Origin: Spirochaetia bacterium
GTDB lineage: Bacteria; Spirochaetota; Spirochaetia; SZUA-6; Bin103
Assembly: GCA_965199955.1 (NCBI GenBank)
Contig: CBDATQ010000002.1
Location: 352,001-416,000 of the forward strand
DNA: 64,000 nt
Reading direction: 5' to 3'
Shown here: positions 10,113 to 19,506 of the stretch, piece by piece
Position numbering within the stretch: the stretch's first letter is position 1
Layout of the letters: every line of letters starts with the position of its first letter
Translations under genes and position numbers: made by a program
Notes under the pieces: generated by a model
What the model was told of the DNA's origin: nothing
What the model saw: the letters and a program-made list of their open reading frames with translations, nothing else
The model's database searches: none

Positions 10113-11291
10113 ATGGTACGTGCACTCCACGCGCAAAGAGTCGCCGCACCCGATCGCGCTCGTGCCGCGTTCGTCCGCGAGTTGAAGAGGCAGAGCGTCG
10201 CCAGCCTCCGTCCGCGCCATTCGCGGTTCGATGAACCGTTCGACTTCAGCCCCCGCCGGGCCGCGCAGTTGACGGTCGTCCCGGCCGGCGTGTCGGAAGC
10301 AGCCGACCGCGCGCGCGCCGCATCGCTGCGGTCCCTGTGGCGGCGCGGGCTGTTCGACCGGTTGCAGAGCCGCCTGCGCGGCAGGTTCCGCGTGATCGTG
10401 AACGTGGCGGTGGCCGTCGCCGCAGCGGTGATACCCGCCGGTCTGGTGATCGCCGCCGCCCGGCCTCAGGCGCCGCCGACGGTGCCCGGGCCTGCCGACA
10501 GTCTCATTCACCGTGACGTGGCGCCGGCTGACTCGAGCTCGGCGGAGGCCGCGTGGGATGCGGTTCCCGACCTGTCGCTTCGCTCGTATCTGATCCGGGC
10601 GGACGATTCACTCTCGGAGATCGCGCACCGCTTCGGCATCAACCTCGACACCCTGATCAGCTTCAACGCCATCCGCGACGTGAGCGATCTGCAGGAGGGC
10701 GTGGAACTGACGATACCGAACGCGTCAGGGCTCTCCTATTCGGTGCGTTCAGGTGACACGCTCAGCGATATCGCCGCCCGGCACGGTGTGCGCCTGACGG
10801 AGTTGATGGAGTGGAATGACCTGCCGTCGTCCGCGCTCGGCGTGGGGCAGAAGCTGTTCATTCCGGGTGCTTCGTTGCCGATGAATGCACGGAACGCCGT
10901 GCTCGGCAGGCTGTTCCTCAAACCCGTGCCCGGACGGGTCGTCACGCCCTTCGGTGACCACCCCGATCCGGTCACGGGCATCCGCCGCTTCCACGACGGG
11001 ATCGACATCGAGCATGCGGCCGGCACACCGGTCGCCGCATCCATGGCGGGGCGGGTGGGCCGCGTGGGAGTCAACGGCACCTACGGACGGTACCTTGTGC
11101 TGGTGCATGCCGACGGCTACCAGACCCTGTACGCGCGTCTGTCACAGGCGCATGTGGTGGCAGGCGCCCTGGTGGCCCAGAGCCAGGTTATCGGCACGAT
11201 GGGCGCGCCGGGAGACAGCACGAACAGCCACCTGCACTTCTCGATCTTCAAGGCCGGCCAGCCTGTTGACCCGAGCCGCTATCTGCACTAG
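10113..11291 (+). CDS. LysM-containing M23 family peptidase
   Basis: Two LysM repeats (DSLSEIAHRFG, GDTLSDIAARHG), HDGID, HLHF; usual YxHL reads YARL. Confidence 0.9.
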   Translation: MVRALHAQRVAAPDRARAAFVRELKRQSVASLRPRHSRFDEPFDFSPRRAAQLTVVPAGVSEAADRARAASLRSLWRRGLFDRLQSRLRGRFRVIVNVAVAVAAAVIPAGLVIAAARPQAPPTVPGPADSLIHRDVAPADSSSAEAAWDAVPDLSLRSYLIRADDSLSEIAHRFGINLDTLISFNAIRDVSDLQEGVELTIPNASGLSYSVRSGDTLSDIAARHGVRLTELMEWNDLPSSALGVGQKLFIPGASLPMNARNAVLGRLFLKPVPGRVVTPFGDHPDPVTGIRRFHDGIDIEHAAGTPVAASMAGRVGRVGVNGTYGRYLVLVHADGYQTLYARLSQAHVVAGALVAQSQVIGTMGAPGDSTNSHLHFSIFKAGQPVDPSRYLH

Positions 11292-11294
11292 CAT
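11266..11294 (+). promoter_or_regulatory. sigma70-type promoter for the second M23 gene (very short leader)
   Basis: TTGACC-17-TAGCAT, 11 nt before GTG 11306. Confidence 0.55.
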
Positions 11295-11305
11295 GATGCG
11301 CGCTC

Positions 11306-12265
11306 GTGGAGGGACGCGCTGACCGCATTCTGCTGACAGGAGCCGTCATGCTGTCGGTGATCCTTGTCGCCGCGCAGTCCGTCGGGCTGTCCCTGACCAA
11401 GAGCGCCACCCTCGAACGCGACTATCTGCATCTGCCCGAGCGATGGTTCGAGGTTCTGCACCAGCCCCGCGTCGTACCGGCGGCCGTCCTGCCCGCAGGC
11501 GGCGCGGCTTCGGCGGCGTGGCCGCTGCCCATCGCCACCATGCGCTACGCGGCGCAGCCCGGCGACAACCTGTCCCTCATCAAGAAACGGTTCGGGCTGA
11601 CGCTGGACACGCTGTCCAGCCTCAATCGCGACGCCGGTTCCGGCGTCCACAATGTCGACATCGGTGAAGTCTTCACGATTCCGAACCAGGACGGACTCTT
11701 TTTGAAAGTGGAGAGCAGGGACCATCTGGAGACCGTGGCTGGCGATCACGGGCTGGCCGGCAGCGACGTGCTGGCCGCCAATCCCGTGGTCGACGCCCAG
11801 TCGGTGAGCGGTGAGTTGTTCTTCCCCGGCGCCCAGAACTCCGGGTTCGAGCGCTTGCTGAGGATGGGGCTGGGATTCGGCCACCCGTTGCGCGGCGGGT
11901 GGGTGAGCTCCCCGTTCGGGATGCGCGTACATCCCTTCAGCGGCAAGTGGCGCATGCACCGCGGCGTCGACATCGCTGCGCCGCACGGCACCCCGGTGCA
12001 GGCGGCCGCGGACGGTCGCGTCGAGCGGGTGGCGCGGGACGGCGTCCTGGGGAGATACCTCGTGATCGACCATGGAGCGCGTTCCTACCAGTCGCTATAC
12101 GCGCACCTGTCTTCCGTGCATGTCGATGTCGGAGAGCTGGTGTCCACCGGCAACACGATCGGCCGCGTGGGTTCGACCGGCCAGTCTACCGGCCCCCATC
12201 TCCACTTCGAGCTGTGGAGCCGGCGGCAGCCGATCAATCCGTCCTCGCAGGTGCCCGGCCTCTAG
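11306..12265 (+). CDS. LysM/M23 family metallopeptidase
   Basis: N-terminal TM, LysM-like GDNLSLI, HRGVD, YAHL, STGPHLHFE all intact. Confidence 0.9.
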   Translation: MEGRADRILLTGAVMLSVILVAAQSVGLSLTKSATLERDYLHLPERWFEVLHQPRVVPAAVLPAGGAASAAWPLPIATMRYAAQPGDNLSLIKKRFGLTLDTLSSLNRDAGSGVHNVDIGEVFTIPNQDGLFLKVESRDHLETVAGDHGLAGSDVLAANPVVDAQSVSGELFFPGAQNSGFERLLRMGLGFGHPLRGGWVSSPFGMRVHPFSGKWRMHRGVDIAAPHGTPVQAAADGRVERVARDGVLGRYLVIDHGARSYQSLYAHLSSVHVDVGELVSTGNTIGRVGSTGQSTGPHLHFELWSRRQPINPSSQVPGL

Positions 12266-12378
12266 CGCCTCGCGAGCGGCGCCGTTGCACGGCGCCGCTC
12301 GCGGACCAGCCCCTCCTTTGGCTCGGAGCGCATCGGTTCCCGATGCGCTCCTCGCCGGGGCCCGTGGGTGGTTGGCGA

Positions 12379-13194
12379 TCAGCCGCGAGCGATCTCCTGA
12401 CCCAGGGCCCATGGATCGATGCAGGTCAGGCTGACGGATCCTCGGGCGAGCACGTCGATGTCGGTCCCTGCGTCGGGGTTGCGGATGGCGGGAGCCCCCA
12501 CATGGCGCAGCACGTCTCCGTGGCGCTCGAAACAGGAGCCGTAGCGCGCGCGCTCCAACGCGCACGGGATCAGCCGCCAGTCGGCGGCCAGCCTCGCCGG
12601 GACGTTCACGCTCCAGGTGACGGGGCGTTCGGTTCGTCGTTCGCCGGGCGGACGAACCCGGGGCAGCAGGTCGGCCAGCAGCGCGGGTAGCAGATGGTCG
12701 AGCCGCGCGGCGGCGTCGCCCAGCTCCGTTCCCGGCTTCGCCGGTGCGCGCGCGGCCCAGCGTTCGAATCCTGCCGTGGTGAGTTGCTGCGACAGGGCGA
12801 TCGCCGGGATGAGCGCGATGTTGGCCTCCAGGCAGGCGCCGATGGTGCCGGATGAGGCCGCGTAGGAAACACCGGTGTTCTCACCGGCGTTCACCCCGGA
12901 CAGGACCAGGTCGGGTGTGCGCGGACCGAGCAGATGGCAGCCGGCGTTGACGCAGTCGGCCGGCGTGCCTCCCAGGGTGAAACCGGTCACGGCGTGACCG
13001 GCTCGATCCCGGTGGTCATGGCGTACCAGCGGCAGGTCGGCGTAGCGGGTCATCGCCTTCGACGTCCAACTGCGCTCCGAGGCGGGCAGGACCACCGTGA
13101 CCGAGCCGAGCGAGGCGGCGGCCCTGATCAGCAGGGCCACGAACGGCGACTCCGGACCGTCGTCGTTGGTTACCAGAATGTGCATGCCGTCCAT
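12379..13194 (-). CDS. surE: 5'/3'-nucleotidase SurE
   Basis: HILVTNDDG, GTPADCV, VLSGVNAGEN, SSGTIGA. Confidence 0.92.
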   Translation of the reverse strand: MDGMHILVTNDDGPESPFVALLIRAAASLGSVTVVLPASERSWTSKAMTRYADLPLVRHDHRDRAGHAVTGFTLGGTPADCVNAGCHLLGPRTPDLVLSGVNAGENTGVSYAASSGTIGACLEANIALIPAIALSQQLTTAGFERWAARAPAKPGTELGDAAARLDHLLPALLADLLPRVRPPGERRTERPVTWSVNVPARLAADWRLIPCALERARYGSCFERHGDVLRHVGAPAIRNPDAGTDIDVLARGSVSLTCIDPWALGQEIARG

Positions 13195-13237
13195 GTGAGT
13201 CAATGTGCAGGGCGTCGAGTGGTCGAACGAAATCCGG

Positions 13238-16063
13238 TCAGCGTCCGTGGCAGAACTTGAACTTCTTGCCGCTGCCGCAGTAGCAGGGCTCGTTGCGTCC
13301 GATCTTCCGCTCCGCCTGCGGCGTGGAAGGTCCCGGCAGTGCCGGTCCCGCGCTGGCGGTAGATGCGACCGCGGCAGCCGATCCGACCGGCGTGGCCCGC
13401 CGGCTGGGCACACGGCGGGCGGGCATCGCCGAGGCTCCTTCGGCGTCGCCCTGCCGCATGGCTGCGAATTGCCCCAGCTCGCGATGCATGGTCGCCATGC
13501 CCTCCGGCTGCGGTCTGCGCGCCGGCCGGACGGCGCCTGCCGTGCCGTTCCCGGTCCGGATCGTGACTCGGAAGATCTTCTCCGCAATGGTGTTGCGGAT
13601 GCCGGCGAGCATCTCGTCGAAGATCTGAAAACCCTCGAGCTTGTACTCCAGCAAGGGGTTCTTCTGGCTGTAGGTGCGCAGGTACACCGCGTCGCGCAAC
13701 GCGTCGAGACTCTCCAGGTGATCCTGCCACCGGGCGTCGATCAGACGCAGATACTCGTAGCGGATGAACAGATTGAAGTTGGCCGTTCCGACCAGGTCCG
13801 CCTTCTCGGCAAGATGGGCGTCCATCGCGGTCACCACCCGGTCGCGCACCTCGCCGCCGCGCAGATCGGCCAGCGCCGCCTCCCCGTCCGGCATGGCGAA
13901 TCCGAACCGGGAGCGCAACGCGGAGAGCGTCCCGGCTACGGAGTACTCGGCGCCGCCGGTCAACTCATCGACCGCCGCCGTGGCGGTCTCCCGTACCCGG
14001 CCGAGCAGATCGTCATCCGCCATGATCTCGTCGCGCTTTCCGTAGATGTACTTGCGCTGCTCGTTGAGCACGTTGTCGAAGTCCAACAGGTGCTTGCGCA
14101 GTTCGAAGTTCCGCTCCTCGACCCGCTTCTGTGCGCGGGCGATCGACTTGTTCAGCCACGGATGGGCCAGGGGCTCCCCGTCCTTCATGCCCACCTTCGA
14201 CATCATGCTCCGCAGGTTTTCACCGAACAGGCGCATCAGGTCGTCGTCCAGCGAGATATAGAAACGGGACGATCCGGGGTCGCCCTGACGCCCGGAGCGG
14301 CCGCGGAGCTGGTTGTCTATCCGGCGCGACTCGTGGCGCTCGGTGCCGAGCACGTGCAATCCGCCGGCGCCGCGGACCGTGTCGTAGCGGTGGCGCCAGT
14401 CATCGAGCTCGCGTTCGTAGATGGTCCTGAACCGCTCCTCGTCACCGGCGGCGTCGCCGGTCCCATCGCCGCTGTCGGCAGCATGGCGCCGGCGGGCGGC
14501 ATACTCCGGGTTGCCGCCGAGCTTGATGTCAGTGCCGCGTCCGGCCATGTTGGTGGCGATCGTCACCGCACCCTTGGCACCCGCCTGCGAGATGATCAGC
14601 GCCTCCCTCGCGTGCGCCTTGGCATTGAGCACTTCGTGCTCGACCCCGCGACTGCGCAGCAGCTTCGAGAGCTGCTCGGACTTCTCGATGGAGACGGTGC
14701 CGACCAGCACCGGCTGCCCCGCCTCCTGGCAGGCGGCCAGCTCGTCCCCGATCGCGGCCATCTTGTCCTGCTCGTTGAGGAAGATCACGTCGTCGTGGTC
14801 GGCCCGGACCAGCGGGCGGTTGGTGGGTATGACCACCACGTCCAGACCGTAGATGTTGCCGAACTCGGTCGCCTCGGTATCGGCCGTACCGGTCATGCCG
14901 GACAGCTTGTCGTAGAGCTTGAAGTAGTTCTGAAACGAGATAGAGGCGAGCGTCCGGTTGCGCTTGAGGATCGGGATCCGCTCCTTCGCCTCGATCGCCT
15001 GGTGCAGGCCGTCGGAGTAGCGTCGGCCGTGCAGAATGCGGCCGGTGAACTCGTCGACGATCTGCACGGTGCCGTCCTCGACCACGTAGTCCACATCCCG
15101 TTGGAACAACCGGTGGGCGCGCAGCGCCTGGGTCAGGTAGTGGATGTACTCGAAGTTCTCGTCGTCTACCAGCGACCCCCGGATCAGGCGCTTGCCGCGC
15201 AACAGACCTTCGGCCGCGGCGATCCCTTCGTCGGTGAACGATATGCGCTTGCCCTTCTCATCCAGCTTGTAGTGGCCGATCGGCTCCTCGGGGTAGTCGT
15301 CGGTCTCGGGATCCTTCGCACACTCCCGGAACCCGCCGACCAGCCGGTCGACCTGCGCGAAACGCTCGGTGTCGTCTTCGGCCGCCCCGGAGATGATCAG
15401 CGGCGTGCGCGCCTCGTCGATCAGGATCGAGTCGATTTCGTCCACGATGCAGTACCGGTGACCGCGCTGTGCGCGAGCTTCGGAGTCCCAGCGCATGTTG
15501 TCGCGCAGATAGTCGAATCCCAACTCGTTGTTGGTGCCGTAGGTGATGTCGCACGCGTAGGCTTCCGTGCGCTCGCGCATTTCCATGCGCGACAGGACCA
15601 CCCCCACGCTCAGGCCCAGGAAGCGATGCACGCGGCCCATCCACTCGGCGTCGCGTTCGGCCAGGTAGTCGTTGACCGTGACGACGTGCACGCCGTCGCC
15701 GGACAGCGCGTTGAGATAGGCTGCGGGGACGCTTGCCAGGGTCTTTCCCTCACCGGTCTTCATCTCGACGATCGCGCCGCGGTCCAGGATGATGCCGCCC
15801 ATGAGCTGGACGTCGAAGATGCGCTCGCCGAGTTGCCTGCGCGCGGCCTCCCGCGCCAGGGCGAACGCCTCCGGCAGGATCTGGTCGCGCGCTTCGCCCG
15901 ACTGGAGCCGCTTCTTCAGCTTGTCCGTCCACGCCGGAAAGTCGGTTTCGGAAAGCGCGACCATCCGCGACTCCAGCTCGTTGATCCGGTTCACGAGCGG
16001 AACCAGGGCCTTCAGATCACGGTTGGACTTTGAGCCGAGTACGCGGGACAGGAAACCCCGCAT
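13238..16063 (-). CDS. secA: Preprotein translocase ATPase SecA
   Basis: EMKTGEGKT, DEIDSILIDEARTPLIIS, TNMAGRGTDI, QLRGRSGRQGDPG, SEC-C motif GRNEPCYCGSGKKFKFCHG. Confidence 0.99.
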   Translation of the reverse strand: MRGFLSRVLGSKSNRDLKALVPLVNRINELESRMVALSETDFPAWTDKLKKRLQSGEARDQILPEAFALAREAARRQLGERIFDVQLMGGIILDRGAIVEMKTGEGKTLASVPAAYLNALSGDGVHVVTVNDYLAERDAEWMGRVHRFLGLSVGVVLSRMEMRERTEAYACDITYGTNNELGFDYLRDNMRWDSEARAQRGHRYCIVDEIDSILIDEARTPLIISGAAEDDTERFAQVDRLVGGFRECAKDPETDDYPEEPIGHYKLDEKGKRISFTDEGIAAAEGLLRGKRLIRGSLVDDENFEYIHYLTQALRAHRLFQRDVDYVVEDGTVQIVDEFTGRILHGRRYSDGLHQAIEAKERIPILKRNRTLASISFQNYFKLYDKLSGMTGTADTEATEFGNIYGLDVVVIPTNRPLVRADHDDVIFLNEQDKMAAIGDELAACQEAGQPVLVGTVSIEKSEQLSKLLRSRGVEHEVLNAKAHAREALIISQAGAKGAVTIATNMAGRGTDIKLGGNPEYAARRRHAADSGDGTGDAAGDEERFRTIYERELDDWRHRYDTVRGAGGLHVLGTERHESRRIDNQLRGRSGRQGDPGSSRFYISLDDDLMRLFGENLRSMMSKVGMKDGEPLAHPWLNKSIARAQKRVEERNFELRKHLLDFDNVLNEQRKYIYGKRDEIMADDDLLGRVRETATAAVDELTGGAEYSVAGTLSALRSRFGFAMPDGEAALADLRGGEVRDRVVTAMDAHLAEKADLVGTANFNLFIRYEYLRLIDARWQDHLESLDALRDAVYLRTYSQKNPLLEYKLEGFQIFDEMLAGIRNTIAEKIFRVTIRTGNGTAGAVRPARRPQPEGMATMHRELGQFAAMRQGDAEGASAMPARRVPSRRATPVGSAAAVASTASAGPALPGPSTPQAERKIGRNEPCYCGSGKKFKFCHGR

Positions 16064-16069
16064 AGTGCG

Positions 16070-16099
16070 AATGTATCGACGGCTGGAAGCCAAGGTCAA
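16070..16099 (-). promoter_or_regulatory. secA promoter, leaderless geometry
   Basis: TTGACC-18-TACATT-6 nt-ATG, no SD. Confidence 0.75.
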
Positions 16100-17252
16100 G
16101 GAGCCGGACGGGCGCGCGGGTGGAATCGGTCGTGCGGCACGTCTGCTGGTTGCGGCGCTGGCCGTGGCGCTGTCGGCGGCAGGATGTGCCGCACGGACAG
16201 CGCCGGTGACGCGCCAGGAGCTGTTCAGCCTGTCGGTGGGACCGCTGGAAGACCAGGTACACATTTCCGCCGGCTACGAACAGGCGGGCGTCTGGCTCTC
16301 TCTACACGGTGGTCTGTTCCACGTGGTCAACGCGCCGATACGCAAGGTGATGCGGTTCTCCTCGTTCGGAGACCTGTTGTTGCTGCTGTACGACCCGCGC
16401 TTGAACCCGATGCCGGTGGGGCTCGCCGAGGCGGGAACGGACACCGTCACCACCCGCCTCGCGCGCAGCCTGCCACTGGGCCCGTTGGGGCGGGTCGCGG
16501 TCGATTCGCAGGGGACGATATACGTCCAGGAGCGCCTCGCGTCCGGCGACTGGCAGACGGAGGACGGAATCACGCGCAGCCACGTTGTGCGCCGGTTCGA
16601 CCGAACGGGCGCCGACCTGGGCTATCTGGGTCGGGAGGGAGTAGGCGGCAGTCCGTTCGGTCGGGTGCATCGCCTGCTGGTCACCGAGCGCGACGAGCCG
16701 TTCGTCGTCACGCGAGATGCCGACTCGTGGCAGGCGTTCTGGTTCGATTCCCAGGGGATGTTGCGATTCCGGCGCCGGCTCTCGGTCCGTGATCTGAGCA
16801 GCGCGGACGATGTCCCGCCCACCGTGGAGATCGAGTCCGTGCTGGCCGACGGACGCGGGCCGCCGCATCTGCTGGTTGAGACGGTCACGCTGCCCGGCGG
16901 GCAGGCCGACATCTGGCGGGTGACCGGTGACGAGGACCCGGAGCGGGCGTTCGCGGCGCCGCACGCACCGCATGCACCGTTCCGCCTGGTCGGCAGCGCC
17001 GGCGGGCGGCTGTTCTTCGCCTCGCACGGCGGCGACGAGCCCGTCAGCGCGGGGGGCCGTCGCGTGCCACTCACCATCACCGATGGGGAGGGACGGCCCC
17101 TGGCGCAGGTCGAGCTATCCCTGCAAGATCCGGCCCTGCAGTTCTCGGAACTGCAGGTGGCGACAGATGGCGTACTGTACGGTGCCCGGATCGGGCCGGA
17201 ACGAGTGGATTTCTTCTGGTGGAGAACCGACCTCCTGATGCAGCGGCGCTGA
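16071..17252 (+). CDS. Putative lipoprotein, possibly beta-propeller-like, divergent from secA; start uncertain
   Basis: Hydrophobic stretch ending in lipobox-like SAAGC; segments KVMRFSSFGDLL and GYLGREGVGGSPF. Confidence 0.65.
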   Translation: MYRRLEAKVKEPDGRAGGIGRAARLLVAALAVALSAAGCAARTAPVTRQELFSLSVGPLEDQVHISAGYEQAGVWLSLHGGLFHVVNAPIRKVMRFSSFGDLLLLLYDPRLNPMPVGLAEAGTDTVTTRLARSLPLGPLGRVAVDSQGTIYVQERLASGDWQTEDGITRSHVVRRFDRTGADLGYLGREGVGGSPFGRVHRLLVTERDEPFVVTRDADSWQAFWFDSQGMLRFRRRLSVRDLSSADDVPPTVEIESVLADGRGPPHLLVETVTLPGGQADIWRVTGDEDPERAFAAPHAPHAPFRLVGSAGGRLFFASHGGDEPVSAGGRRVPLTITDGEGRPLAQVELSLQDPALQFSELQVATDGVLYGARIGPERVDFFWWRTDLLMQRR

Positions 17253-18826
17253 CGGCCGCTGACGCGGGCGCGCTGCGCCCGGTGGACAAACCGGGCATAT
17301 ACCGCCTGGTCGACTCGGCGCAGATGTCGGCGATCGACCGCGAGGCATCCGACCGCTTCCGGATCCCGCCTCCGATCCTGATGGAAAACGCCGGGCTCAA
17401 GGCGCTGGAGGCGATGCAACGGCGTATCTGGCGCCGGCCCGTTCCCGAGGAACCGGTTGCGATCGTATCGGGGCGCGGCAACAATGGGGGGGACGCGCTG
17501 GTCGTCGCCCGCCAGCTTCACGCCATCGGCGCGCGGCACATCACGGTGCTTCTCAGCCACGGCGAACCCGCCGATGGAAGCCAATGTGCGGCCAACCTCG
17601 CCATCTGCCGGGCGCTTGGCATCACCGTGCTCGACGCGGCGGAGGCAACGCTCTCCTGCGGATGGGTGATCGACGGAATGGCCGGCACGGGACAGCGCGG
17701 GGCGCTGCGCGGGCCGGCAGCGGCGCTGGCCGAACGGATCAACGGCAGCGCGGCGCGAGTCATCGCCCTCGATGCGCCGAGCGGAGTGGGGGACCGGTTC
17801 ACGGCCGACATGCCCGCCGTCCACGCCGACTGGACGCTCGCGCTTGAGCTTCCGAAGAGGGCGCTCTACCTGCCGGCCGCCCGGCCCGCATGCGGGAGCA
17901 TCATCGTCGTGCCGATCGGGTTTCCCGCCGCGCTCACCGATCCGGCCGCCGGGAACGCCCGGCTGCTCGGCCCCGCGGCGCTGGCGCCCATGCTGCCGTC
18001 CGTGCCGGCGGACGCGCACAAGGGGACACGCGGGCACGTTGCGGTCCTTGCCGGCTCCGCCGGGACGGCGGGTGCCGCGCGCCTGGCCGCGACCGCCGCT
18101 GCCTGCAGCCGCGCGGGCCTGGTGACCCTGCACGCCGATGCCGACACCTACCCGGTGCAGGCCGGCGCGCTTACCTCGGTGATGGTCGCTCCCTGGTCGG
18201 AAACGGCGGAACCAGGTGAGCTCGCCCGGCGTTTCGACAGCCTGGTGGTCGGTCCCGGGTGGGGGACCGGGCCGGCCCGCGCGGAGTGGCTGCAGCGGTT
18301 GCTCGTCAAGCCGTGCGGCGGCGTGCTGGATGCCGACGCGACCACGCTGCTCGCACGTGCCGGCGGGCCGGGGCGACTTTCCGGCCACTGGGTGTTGACG
18401 CCCCATCCGGGCGAGCTGGCCCGGCTGCTCGGCGCCACCGTCGCCGAGGCGCTGGCAGATCCCGCCGCGGCCGCTGCCGACGTGGCTGCGCGGTTCGGCG
18501 CGGTCGTCGTGCTGAAAGGGCACGTGACCTACATCGCCGCTCCGGACGGCGGTGACGCGGCGGGCGTTGGCGCAGAGCCGCCTCTGAGCGTCGTGGACGG
18601 CATGCAGCCGTGGCTGGCGACCGGCGGTTCCGGAGATGTGCTGGCCGGCGTCATCGGCGCGCTGCTTGCCGGCGGCAGGATTGGCCCCTACCAGGCAGCC
18701 TGCGCAGGGGTGCTGATCCACGCCGCGGCGGCTCGACACCTGTACCGCGAGCGGGGCTGGTTTCTGGCGGAGGACCTGCCGGCGTCGGTGTCGCGCGTGG
18801 TAGCCGGCCGTGACGATCTCGGATAA
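17249..18826 (+). CDS. nnr: Bifunctional NAD(P)H-hydrate epimerase/dehydratase (start CTG 17249 or GTG 17282)
   Basis: LMENAG, GRGNNGGDA, LDAPSG, HKGTRG, VVGPGWG, LTPHPGE, VVLKG, LATGGSGDVLAG. Confidence 0.94.
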   Translation: MTAADAGALRPVDKPGIYRLVDSAQMSAIDREASDRFRIPPPILMENAGLKALEAMQRRIWRRPVPEEPVAIVSGRGNNGGDALVVARQLHAIGARHITVLLSHGEPADGSQCAANLAICRALGITVLDAAEATLSCGWVIDGMAGTGQRGALRGPAAALAERINGSAARVIALDAPSGVGDRFTADMPAVHADWTLALELPKRALYLPAARPACGSIIVVPIGFPAALTDPAAGNARLLGPAALAPMLPSVPADAHKGTRGHVAVLAGSAGTAGAARLAATAAACSRAGLVTLHADADTYPVQAGALTSVMVAPWSETAEPGELARRFDSLVVGPGWGTGPARAEWLQRLLVKPCGGVLDADATTLLARAGGPGRLSGHWVLTPHPGELARLLGATVAEALADPAAAAADVAARFGAVVVLKGHVTYIAAPDGGDAAGVGAEPPLSVVDGMQPWLATGGSGDVLAGVIGALLAGGRIGPYQAACAGVLIHAAAARHLYRERGWFLAEDLPASVSRVVAGRDDLG

Positions 18827-18876
18827 CGAAAGCCGCAGGCCGCACGTCGCCACCAGGCAGAAGCAGCGTTTCGTTG

Positions 18877-18906
18877 TTGACCTGACGCTAACCGGGCGCT
18901 TACCCT
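18877..18906 (+). promoter_or_regulatory. Promoter, leaderless geometry
   Basis: TTGACC-18-TACCCT-6 nt-GTG 18913. Confidence 0.7.
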
Positions 18907-18912
18907 GTCGGG

Positions 18913-19416
18913 GTGCATATCTACCTGTTGTCGGTGTTGAGCACCATCGTCGCCGGCGCGACGCTGGCGGCCGATTATCTGGTCGAGCGGATACCCGTTC
19001 TGGAGCCTTTGCGGCGCTTCGCGGCAAGCAGCCGCGCCAAGGGCACTCTGGGCGCGATAGCCTTGGTGATAGGGTTCGTGAAGCTCTTCTGGCGCGCCCC
19101 GGGTGAGGTGATCATCGTCGGCGACTTCCTGCCGTCGATTGCCGGCATGGTGCTGGGAGCGATGCTCATGATCGATCGCTACCAGGAACGGCGAATGCTC
19201 GGAGGCGGTGTCGAGCAGGTTGCCGGCGACGAACCGGGCGACGGTGACGCCACCGGATCGTTGGATTCGGGGGCGCCGGACTCGGGCGCCACGGGCTCCG
19301 CCACGGGCATCGCCAGGATCGACGAAACGCTGAAGCCGTACCGGACCCCGCTGGGCCTTGGCGGTATCGCCGTCGGCGTCATCCACTTCCTGCTGGCAAG
19401 CGTGCTGTTCCTGTAA
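18913..19416 (+). CDS. Hypothetical multi-pass membrane protein
   Basis: About four hydrophobic segments with a G/D/S/T low-complexity loop; has its own promoter. Confidence 0.7.
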   Translation: MHIYLLSVLSTIVAGATLAADYLVERIPVLEPLRRFAASSRAKGTLGAIALVIGFVKLFWRAPGEVIIVGDFLPSIAGMVLGAMLMIDRYQERRMLGGGVEQVAGDEPGDGDATGSLDSGAPDSGATGSATGIARIDETLKPYRTPLGLGGIAVGVIHFLLASVLFL

Positions 19417-19506
19417 GCGGCAACGGTACCGGTAACGGACGTCCACTGAAGAGGCGTCGGCCCAACGGGTCAAGTCTTCGGGCTCCCTTCCGCTGCCCTG
19501 ACTGTA

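Noticed and set aside
19417..19506. Minus-strand gagcccgaagacttgacc resembling the 3' box of a cobalamin riboswitch
   Set aside because: It lies between convergent stops with no room for the aptamer and no downstream gene
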